From contig CAZHYN010000015.1 of NCBI GenBank assembly GCA_964536865.1, positions 1 to 32,000 of the forward strand: a stretch of 32,000 nucleotides of DNA, given 5' to 3'. The stretch is from an uncultured Planctomycetia bacterium. GTDB lineage: Bacteria > Omnitrophota > Gorgyraeia > Duberdicusellales > 4484-171. Shown piece by piece: positions 17,338 to 24,829 of the stretch (positions within the stretch are counted from its first letter, which is position 1; each line of letters begins with the position of its first letter). Position numbers and translations under genes: made by a program. A model generated the notes under the pieces. It did not search any database, was not told the origin of the DNA, and saw only the letters and a program-made list of their open reading frames with translations.

Positions 17338-18820
17338 TCCATTTAAATACAAAATTCATGAAGAGAATATAAGAATTGTCCAAAAATATTTTGGTCTTTT
17401 TCCACCTTTAAGTATTAGTTGGGTAGCTTCTATCGCCGAAAAAGCAGGACATAAAGTAATAATTGTAGATGCAAGAACTTTAAAACTTACTATGGCAGAA
17501 ACGTTAGATATATTAAAAAAATTTAAACCCGATATCATGGGTTTTATGATGACAACATATATGTTTCCTGATACTTTAACTTGGATCAGATTTTTGAAGA
17601 AGCATTTGAAAATTCCTGTAGTAATAGGAGGATATAATTTAAGAATTTATCCTAAAGAATCCGTTTCCCATCCAGAGATAGAGTTTGGAGTGGTTGAACA
17701 TGCTTATTATACAATTCCTGCTCTTTTTAGAGAGTTAGAAAAGGAAAGACCAAACTTTGATAATGTTCCAGGACTTGTTTACAAAAAAGATGGAAATATT
17801 TTTGTTACTCCTCATCCCCAAAAAATAGATTTTGATAAATTTCCTAATCCTGCAAGACATCTATTACCCAATGAATTATATGCTGAATTTCCTACAGAGA
17901 GAAGGAATTTCACTGTGATGGTTACCTCTTTAGGATGTCCCTTCGGGTGTACATTCTGTGAGGCGGGAAGAACTCCTTATTCGCCTCGTTCCCCAGAAAC
18001 CGTTGTTAGGGAAATGGAGGAATGTTACTATAAGTATAATATTAGAGAAATAGATATTTTTGATTATGAATTTACAGGAATAAGAGAACGAGTGCTAAAA
18101 ATATGTAAGTTATTACAGGAGAGAAAGTTGGATATTATTTGGGCCTGCCGTTCTCGAGTAGATACAGTAGATGGTGAACTACTACAGGAAATGAAAAAAG
18201 CAGGCTGTAGTAGGATATATTTTGGATTGGAGTCGGGTAATCAAGAGATACTTAATAAAGTAAATAAAGGAATAACCCTTAAACAGATACGAGACACGAT
18301 AGGAATATGTCGAGATTTAGGAATAAAATCTTTGGGGTTTTTTCTGATAGGCGCACCTGGAGACACTAGAGAAACAGTAAAAGAGACTTTAAATTTTGCT
18401 AAGAGTTTGGATTTAGATTATGTTCAATTTTCAAAATGTTTAGCTAAGCCTTTGACTCCTTTGTGGAAACAAATGGTTGAAAACACTGGAAAGGATTATT
18501 GGAAAGATTGGATATTGGGCAAAGAGATAGATAGATCCTTACCAAGACCATGGACAAGTCTTACAAATAGAGAGATCGATAAATTAGCTAAGTGGGCCTA
18601 TGTTTCCTATTATTCAAATCCACGCCGTCTTCTGAAATCTGTTTTAGGAGTTCGCTCCTTCTCAGAATTTAAAAGGAAATTTTTTGCCTTTGTAGATATG
18701 GTTTTTTCGCAGGAAAAAGTAGCTAATGAAGATGTAAATTTCGAGGCTTTTAATGAAAATTTAAAGAGCACTATTCACATATGTAAAAAGAGACTAAAGG
18801 AGGCTTTTTTAAAGGAATAA
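17315..18820 (+). CDS. B12-binding domain-containing radical SAM protein (class B)
   Basis: N-terminal Rossmann-like cobalamin domain (AGHKVIIVDA...PDIMGF....IPVVIGG). CPFGCTFC CxxxCxxC motif, plus SRIYFGLESG. The track start at 17294 overlaps the upstream gene; in-frame ATG 17315 (MRFALIFNP) is preferred. Confidence 0.85.
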   Translation: MRFALIFNPFKYKIHEENIRIVQKYFGLFPPLSISWVASIAEKAGHKVIIVDARTLKLTMAETLDILKKFKPDIMGFMMTTYMFPDTLTWIRFLKKHLKIPVVIGGYNLRIYPKESVSHPEIEFGVVEHAYYTIPALFRELEKERPNFDNVPGLVYKKDGNIFVTPHPQKIDFDKFPNPARHLLPNELYAEFPTERRNFTVMVTSLGCPFGCTFCEAGRTPYSPRSPETVVREMEECYYKYNIREIDIFDYEFTGIRERVLKICKLLQERKLDIIWACRSRVDTVDGELLQEMKKAGCSRIYFGLESGNQEILNKVNKGITLKQIRDTIGICRDLGIKSLGFFLIGAPGDTRETVKETLNFAKSLDLDYVQFSKCLAKPLTPLWKQMVENTGKDYWKDWILGKEIDRSLPRPWTSLTNREIDKLAKWAYVSYYSNPRRLLKSVLGVRSFSEFKRKFFAFVDMVFSQEKVANEDVNFEAFNENLKSTIHICKKRLKEAFLKE

Positions 18821-18894
18821 TTAACTGGGTTAAGACCAAAAAATATAAATTTAACACAATTTACCCTGGGAAAAGAACATGATATTATGAAAAC

Positions 18895-19049
18895 CTACCT
18901 CCTTAAAAAAAGATATAATAATGAAGGTTGTCTAAGGAAAGGAGGTAGATATGCAAGGTTTAGAAAGAGTAAAAAGGTTTAGGTATTTTTCCACCATAGG
19001 TGGATCCTTCGCCTGAGGCGAATCCACCTCTGGTGGAACCTCTGGTGGA
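18895..19049 (+). ncRNA. candidate IS110 bridge/seek-type RNA or translational control leader
   Basis: Perfect 10-bp stem CTACCTCCTT (18895-18904) / AAGGAGGTAG (18939-18948). This is followed by GC-rich, mutually exclusive hairpins CCACC-ATA-GGTGG (18991-19003), GGTGGA...TTCGCC-TGA-GGCGAA TCCACC (18999-19028) and CCACC-TCT-GGTGG (19024-19036). A tandem 12-mer ACCTCTGGTGGA x2 (19026-19049) abuts the ATG. Confidence 0.3.
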
Positions 19050-20021
19050 ATGGGAATTGACCAGCACAAAAGATATTCTCACATCACGATAATTGATGAG
19101 ATAGGAGACTTAGTAGAAGAAAGAAAACTATACCATTATGATAAAGAAGGTATGCTTAATTATTTTAAATCCTTTAATCCCCACCAAACAAAAGTAGTAT
19201 TAGAAGCAACTGGAAATTGGTATTGGTTAGCCGACCTTTTAGAATCAGCCAACTTAACCCATATATTAGCCCATCCTTACAAAACAAGAATAATTGCTGA
19301 AAGTAAGATAAAAACAGACTCCATATCAAGCTTTACCTTAGCTCAACTGTTGAGAGCAGGACTTATTCCTCAGAGCTATTTAGCTGGCAGGAAGACAAGG
19401 TCTCTAAGAGAGCTATTAAGATACAGAATCTCCTTAGTTAAGGTAAGGAGTTCTTTAAAATGCCGGATTCACTCTATATTAGATAGAGAAGGAATAGATA
19501 CCCCTCAAATTTCTGATTTATTTGGCAGGAAAGGTTTAATGTGGCTGGAAAGCTTATCTTTAGCTTACCCTCTATCTTGCTCCTTAAAAGATTATCTTAA
19601 TCTTATTGAGAGACTAAATTCTTTAATAGATGAGACGGAAAAATCAATAAAATTAACTATAAAAGAAAACCCTTTAGCCCAACTTCTTCTTACTGTTCCC
19701 GGAATTGGTTTCTTTACAGCCTATCTTATTCTTTGTGAAGTAGTAGATATAACCAGATTCCTAACTCCTAAAAAACTTTCCTCCTATATAGGAATAGTTC
19801 CCTCAATTCATCAATCAGGAAACTTCTCTCACACAGGAAAGATAACCAAACAGGGAAATAAATACCTAAGATGGGCACTAATTGAAGCATCCCAGAAAGC
19901 AATAATAAAAGATCCCTATTTAAAAGCAATATATGATAAAATAACCTATAAAAAAGGAAAACAATCTGCCAGAGGCAGATCCGCTCTTGGCGGAAAAAGT
20001 AAAGGTAGCAGTTGTCAATAA
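19050..20021 (+). CDS. IS110 family transposase (3' end frameshifted; family C-terminus continues in +1 frame to 20121)
   Basis: MGIDQHKRYS..I.IID, VLEATGNWYW (DEDD N-domain), VPGIGFFTAYLILCEV.DI.RF...KKLSSYIGIVPSIHQSGN....GKITKQGNKYLRWALIEA (Transposase_20 domain). The +1 frame from 19996 reads KVKVAVVNKLAYNMSNIKIQEPY..., the usual family tail. Confidence 0.85.
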   Translation: MGIDQHKRYSHITIIDEIGDLVEERKLYHYDKEGMLNYFKSFNPHQTKVVLEATGNWYWLADLLESANLTHILAHPYKTRIIAESKIKTDSISSFTLAQLLRAGLIPQSYLAGRKTRSLRELLRYRISLVKVRSSLKCRIHSILDREGIDTPQISDLFGRKGLMWLESLSLAYPLSCSLKDYLNLIERLNSLIDETEKSIKLTIKENPLAQLLLTVPGIGFFTAYLILCEVVDITRFLTPKKLSSYIGIVPSIHQSGNFSHTGKITKQGNKYLRWALIEASQKAIIKDPYLKAIYDKITYKKGKQSARGRSALGGKSKGSSCQ

Positions 20022-20272
20022 ATTAGCATATAATATGAGCAACATTAAAATACAAGAACCCTATAGATCTAAAAAAACTAATAATATCCTTATGCCTCAG
20101 GCAACCGATGATTTTTTCTGAGCAAAAAGAGCCCGACAAAATGAATGGGAAGCCCTAAGGCCTATCAAATAGACCGTATCCCGAAAAGTCGGGGCGAAGA
20201 GATGAATAGCTAAATGTCATTAAAAAAGAAAAGAAATTAAAGTTTTTATTGACAAGAGGGAGGTTTTCAGAG

Positions 20273-21235
20273 ATGAAAATTTTGGTAACAGGAGGATTAG
20301 GGTTTATAGGAAAGCAGCTGGTACAGCGGCTTATGAAGGAGAATCAAGTGATAGTGATAGATAAAAATACTGAAAAGGATAAATTTAAGGATAAATTTAT
20401 GGAAAGTAATTTGTTAATGTATAATTTAGATCTATCCCAATCTCCTCCCTTAGAATTTCTTAGAGATATAGATTATGTATTCCATTTAGCTACAGCCAAG
20501 GATTCAGCAGGTGAGAAGGTGTGTTATTTAACCAATGTGGAAGGAACAATAAATCTTCTTCACTGGCTTGCTGAGTTAAGTCCTAATTTAAAAAAATTTA
20601 TCTATATAGGTTCTCTTTTAAGTTATGGATTTGGTGAAAAGAAAAAAGCCAGTTCTTTATACGGAAAGACAAAACTATTAGCAGAAAGAGAGATAAGGAG
20701 ATTTGGCGATAGAATCCCTTATATTATTTTGCGCTCTTGCAGAGTCTATGGTCCCGGAGATAAAAGAGGAATTTATTTAATATTCAAATTCATAAAAAAA
20801 GGTTTTATCCCTGTAGTTTCTAAAGTAGAAGAAAGGTTTGCTAGCCTTATATATATAGATGATATAATAGAGGCGATGATATTAGCTGCACAAAGTAATA
20901 TAACAAATAAGGTTTATTCCATATCCGATGGAAACGTATATTCTTGGAAAGAGGTTTATGAAGCTATGGCTTTAGCTTTAGATAAAGAATATAAGAAATT
21001 ATATAAGATAACAATTCCTCAAAAATTAATAATAAAAGTCCTCCCACTTTTAAGAAATATAAGCAAACTATTGGGTGCCTCTTTAGAAGGGCAAAGCTTA
21101 GAAGAGTTAAGTTCTAAATATTGGACCTGTGATCCTTCAGATTTCTTTGAAGACACAGGCTTTAAGCCAAAGATATTTTTAAGAGAGGGGATGCAGAGAA
21201 CTGGAGAGTGGTTGAAGAATCAAGACCTATTGTGA
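20273..21235 (+). CDS. NAD-dependent epimerase/dehydratase family protein (extended SDR)
   Basis: MKILVTGGLGFIGKQLV (GxxGxxG), catalytic YGKTK (YxxxK), RVYGPGD. GAGGGAGG SD upstream of ATG 20273. The track start at TTG 20249 is unlikely. Confidence 0.85.
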   Translation: MKILVTGGLGFIGKQLVQRLMKENQVIVIDKNTEKDKFKDKFMESNLLMYNLDLSQSPPLEFLRDIDYVFHLATAKDSAGEKVCYLTNVEGTINLLHWLAELSPNLKKFIYIGSLLSYGFGEKKKASSLYGKTKLLAEREIRRFGDRIPYIILRSCRVYGPGDKRGIYLIFKFIKKGFIPVVSKVEERFASLIYIDDIIEAMILAAQSNITNKVYSISDGNVYSWKEVYEAMALALDKEYKKLYKITIPQKLIIKVLPLLRNISKLLGASLEGQSLEELSSKYWTCDPSDFFEDTGFKPKIFLREGMQRTGEWLKNQDLL

Positions 21236-21239
21236 AAAG

Positions 21240-22736
21240 ATGAAGATTTTATTTATCCATCTAGGAAAAGAACAATTAGGAATTGAATACATATCCAGCC
21301 TTTTAAAACAGGCAGGTCACAGTGTCTATCTGATAAATGATCCAGGACTTTTTAGTAGAGAAGACAATGTGTTTTACATACCTATACTAGAGAAAGTATT
21401 TGCGTATAGAAAGGAAGAAATTTTACAAAGAGCTAGAAAGATTAATCCCGATGTTATTGCTTTTTCAGTATATTCTACAACTTATCAATGGAGTAAAGCG
21501 ATAGCAGCTTATCTAAAAAAAGAGTTAAATCTTCCTATTGTATTTGGTGGTCCGCATGTAACATTAGTTCCTGAAGAGGTGTTAAAGAATACTTTTGTCG
21601 ATTTTATAATTATTGGTGAAGGAGAATATCCAATGCTTAATTTGGTAGAGGCGTTAGAAAAAGGAGATACTTTCTCTAGATTTAAAAAAATAAATAGCTT
21701 GGGATTCAAAGAAAATAGTAAGTTGATTATTAATCCTATGGATGAACCTGTAGACTTAGATGTTTTACCTTTCCCTGATAAGGAACTCTTTCGGGAGTAT
21801 ATAAATTATAAGTATGATTATCTTATTATGACTGGAAGAGGCTGTCCGGGGCGATGTACATATTGCTGTGAAGGTTTTTATAGCGCCCTTTACAAAGGAA
21901 AAAATGTTCGCAAGAGAAGTATCTCTAATGTGATAGAGGAGTTAAAAATGGCAAAAGAAAAATATAATTGTGAAGAAGTAATATTTTATGATACCGACTT
22001 TCTTCGAGATAAATCTTGGGTTTATGATTTCTTACCTCTCTATAAGGATCAGATAAATATTCCCTTCAAATGTTTAGCCCATATTAGAAATATAGATAGG
22101 GATACAGTAAATTTATTAAAAAAGTGTGGATGTTATTGTTTAAATTTTGGCATCCAAATTATAAATAACCAGATAAAGTCGCAAGTTCTCTATAGACCAG
22201 AAACAGAATTTGATGTATTAAATATATTAAGAATTTGTGACGAAGTTAGATTGAGATATGATTTAGATACCATCGTTGGCTTACCTAATGAAAAGGAAGA
22301 AGACCACCTTTTTACAATAGAATGTATTAAAAATGGCAAATTGCTTAATAGAGTAAAATGTTTTTATTTAGCCTATTTTCCAAATTTACCCATAGTTGAA
22401 GAAGCTTACAAAAAAGGTTATTTGGATGATAAAGACCTACAGGATATAAAAGAAGGAAAGAGGGCAAATTTTATTTACCCTTCTCATAAAGTAGATAAAA
22501 AAGATGAGAATTTACGTAGATTCTATAGAGTTTTTCCATTTTTACCTAAATTTATAATAAATTTAATATCGAAATATAAGTTATACCGTTTCTTCTATCG
22601 ACTTCCCCTATTTTTGATTATAATGGTTGAACTTTTAAATGGCATAAAGAAAAGAGACTACAGGTTTACATTATATATCAAAAATTATATCTACCAAATA
22701 CGTAGAAGATTATCTGGTAAATTTGAAGAGATATGA
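21240..22736 (+). CDS. B12-binding domain-containing radical SAM protein (class B), paralog of 17315-18820
   Basis: N-terminal cobalamin-type domain (AGHSVYLIND...PDVIAFSVY....LPIVFGGPH). CPGRCTYC CxxxCxxC motif. Starts 4 nt after the SDR gene. Confidence 0.85.
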   Translation: MKILFIHLGKEQLGIEYISSLLKQAGHSVYLINDPGLFSREDNVFYIPILEKVFAYRKEEILQRARKINPDVIAFSVYSTTYQWSKAIAAYLKKELNLPIVFGGPHVTLVPEEVLKNTFVDFIIIGEGEYPMLNLVEALEKGDTFSRFKKINSLGFKENSKLIINPMDEPVDLDVLPFPDKELFREYINYKYDYLIMTGRGCPGRCTYCCEGFYSALYKGKNVRKRSISNVIEELKMAKEKYNCEEVIFYDTDFLRDKSWVYDFLPLYKDQINIPFKCLAHIRNIDRDTVNLLKKCGCYCLNFGIQIINNQIKSQVLYRPETEFDVLNILRICDEVRLRYDLDTIVGLPNEKEEDHLFTIECIKNGKLLNRVKCFYLAYFPNLPIVEEAYKKGYLDDKDLQDIKEGKRANFIYPSHKVDKKDENLRRFYRVFPFLPKFIINLISKYKLYRFFYRLPLFLIIMVELLNGIKKRDYRFTLYIKNYIYQIRRRLSGKFEEI

Positions 22737-23956
22737 GAAGAGTGATTTTAATAAAAAGACCGTTCTTTTATGAAGGAGAGATACGAGATATTTTTTCTTT
22801 TTTCCTCTCTCAAGATAAAAATTGTCAATTGGAGAAATTTGAACAGAGGTTTTTAAAATATATAGGAGGAAAGTCTGCTTTTTGTACTATTTCAGGAAGA
22901 ATGGCTCTTTATTTGATATTGAAAGCCCTTAATTTAAAAGAGAAAGACGAAGTAATTCTCCCTGTTTATACTTTTTTTGCTATTCCTACCATCATTTCGT
23001 CTTTAGGGCTTAAGCCAGTATTTGTGGATATAGATGAAACTTGCAACATAAACCCTGAACTTATTCCAGAGAAGATAACCTCCCGTAGTAAAGTTATAAT
23101 TCCTACCCACCTTTTTGGTCAACCTTGTAATATGGAGAAGATTTCAAAAATAGCGAAAAAGTTTAATTTGTTTGTTATAGAAGATTGTGCCCATGCTTTG
23201 GGTGCTGAATATAAAGGGAGAAAAGTTGGAAGCTTAGGAGATGCCTCTTTTTTCAGTTTTAGTGTAAGTAAATTTATTAATACATTTAAAGGTGGAGCTG
23301 TTATAGTGAATAACTCTGCCTTACTTCCTAAGATAAAAACTGAATTTAGCAATTTTAAATATCCTCCCAAAAGTATTGTGTTAAAAATCATATTCAAGCT
23401 TCTTTTAACGAGACTATTTTTCAACCCTCCTATATATAGTAATTTTATTTTCCCTATTAACTTATACTTAAGAAATATGAAATATAGAAATGTGATGGAG
23501 CTATACCGGAAGATAATCTCTCGAAAAGAAGCAAAGAAAACCCATAACCTCCCAAAATATAGATACACTAATCTACAGGCTTCTATTGCCAATAAGCAGC
23601 TTTTACTTTTAGATAGGATCAATGATTTACGAAGGCAGAAATTAGAATTTTTATGCAGTAAGTTGAAACCCGAAATAAAGACTACGTATTTATCAAATAT
23701 AGAAGGTATAAAAAGCGCACCTTTAGTTTTAGGTATTTATTCAAACTCTAAAAAAGAGACTACAAAGAAACTATTAGAGAGAGGAATAGAGGTGGATGAT
23801 AATTTTATGCAAAATTGTTCCAAAATTTTTGATAGAGTAGGTCACTATCCCGTTGTCGAAAAAGTAGAAAAGGAGCTCCTTATTTTAAATATCGACCCAT
23901 ATTATAAAATGTGTGATTTGATACGTATTGCCCAAGCTCTTAATGAAATTATCTAA
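22733..23956 (+). CDS. DegT/DnrJ/EryC1/StrS family aminotransferase
   Basis: SGRMALYLILKAL......DEVILP.YTF.A, IPTHLFGQPC.M..I..IAKK.NLFVIEDCAHALGA.YKGRKVGSLGDASFFSF...K (PLP Lys)...GGA. ATGA overlap with the upstream gene. Confidence 0.85.
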   Translation: MRRVILIKRPFFYEGEIRDIFSFFLSQDKNCQLEKFEQRFLKYIGGKSAFCTISGRMALYLILKALNLKEKDEVILPVYTFFAIPTIISSLGLKPVFVDIDETCNINPELIPEKITSRSKVIIPTHLFGQPCNMEKISKIAKKFNLFVIEDCAHALGAEYKGRKVGSLGDASFFSFSVSKFINTFKGGAVIVNNSALLPKIKTEFSNFKYPPKSIVLKIIFKLLLTRLFFNPPIYSNFIFPINLYLRNMKYRNVMELYRKIISRKEAKKTHNLPKYRYTNLQASIANKQLLLLDRINDLRRQKLEFLCSKLKPEIKTTYLSNIEGIKSAPLVLGIYSNSKKETTKKLLERGIEVDDNFMQNCSKIFDRVGHYPVVEKVEKELLILNIDPYYKMCDLIRIAQALNEII

Positions 23957-23959
23957 ATT

Positions 23960-24829
23960 ATGAAAAAAAATATTTTCATTAATTTTTTGTCATTATCCAT
24001 AACTTTTATCATTTTATTTTTTTTATTAAAAAAGGTTCAATGGTCTTTGATTAAACTTGTTCTTCACAGGCTAAAGATAGAATATTTGATATTAGCTCTT
24101 CTTTTTTCTTTTCTCGGTAATCCCATATTTAACTCCTTACAATGGAAAATGATTTTAGAAGCAATGGAATATAAGGTGGCTTTAAAAGATATATTATTTC
24201 TCAGAATTTCTACTGCTCCCTTTAAATCCGTTTTGCCTCTAAAAGTAGGAGATATATTGCGAGTTATCTTTCTTAAGAGATTTTATCGAGTGCCTCTTCT
24301 TATTAGTACTCTTTCTGTTTTTTCTCATTTAGCAATAAATGTTTTGACCTGCATAGTAGTCTTTGCTGTTGGAGCTGCTTTTAACGCCGTCATTCCCCTA
24401 AAGTGTAATATTTTTACTATTCACTTTCTGGGATTAAGTGTTCCAATAAGAAATACATTGAATATTTTCAAGAAGATGATATTGAAGAACTTCTTTATTA
24501 TTCTTTGCATTTCTTTGATCCGTTTCTTTTTTGAGATATTTTCTTTTAGTATTATAGGAAAAGCTTTAGGTATTTATATACCGTTGAATAAAATTCTATT
24601 GTTTTACCCTCTAGTTTCTCTCATTGCAAATTTACCTTTAGCTTTTGAAGGATTAGGAGTTAGAGAAGGTAGTATTATTCTACTTTTTTCCTCTTTCGCC
24701 TTACAAGAAGAGTTGTTTATATTAGGTTTCCTTACCTCTCTTATTTGCCATTTTTTAGTTCCTTTTATGGGAATTTTCTTCGTGTTTAAGTTGCTAAAAG
24801 ATTTAAATTTGAAAGATGAGAAAATATAA
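23960..24829 (+). CDS. UPF0104 / lysylphosphatidylglycerol-synthase-TM-like (flippase-like) membrane protein
   Basis: Polytopic 289-aa protein with the loop motif LPLKVGDILRVIFLKR and a late GLGVREG motif, as in the MprF flippase / HpnL-type family. Confidence 0.65.
   Translation: MKKNIFINFLSLSITFIILFFLLKKVQWSLIKLVLHRLKIEYLILALLFSFLGNPIFNSLQWKMILEAMEYKVALKDILFLRISTAPFKSVLPLKVGDILRVIFLKRFYRVPLLISTLSVFSHLAINVLTCIVVFAVGAAFNAVIPLKCNIFTIHFLGLSVPIRNTLNIFKKMILKNFFIILCISLIRFFFEIFSFSIIGKALGIYIPLNKILLFYPLVSLIANLPLAFEGLGVREGSIILLFSSFALQEELFILGFLTSLICHFLVPFMGIFFVFKLLKDLNLKDEKI

Larger units (their letters stand above)
18895..20254 (+). mobile_element. IS110-family insertion sequence (ends not defined; coordinates approximate)
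   Basis: An IS110-type transposase gene with structured non-coding flanks lies between two genes of an otherwise contiguous + strand cluster. No inverted repeats are expected for this family, so the boundaries cannot be read from a single copy. Confidence 0.6.

Noticed and set aside
19014-19016. Selenocysteine codon with a downstream SECIS-like hairpin in the IS110 leader
   Set aside because: The TGA sits in the loop, not upstream, of the hairpin. Transposases are not selenoproteins, and the flanking peptide (GGSFA*GESTSGG) looks like translated structural RNA or an insert rather than an active-site context.
20168-20215. Group II intron domain V-like sequence (GACCGTATCCCGAAAAGTCGGGGCGAAG)
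   Set aside because: Only the upper hairpin (CCCGA-AAAG-TCGGG) forms. The lower helix that should pair CCGTAT with a 3' partner is absent, and there is no intron-encoded reverse transcriptase or other intron domains nearby.
20249-20254. TTGACA as the -35 of a promoter for the SDR gene
   Set aside because: The ATG is only 18 nt downstream and the SD starts immediately after the hexamer, so there is no room for a -10 and a 5' UTR. It is retained only as a possible IS junction-promoter half.
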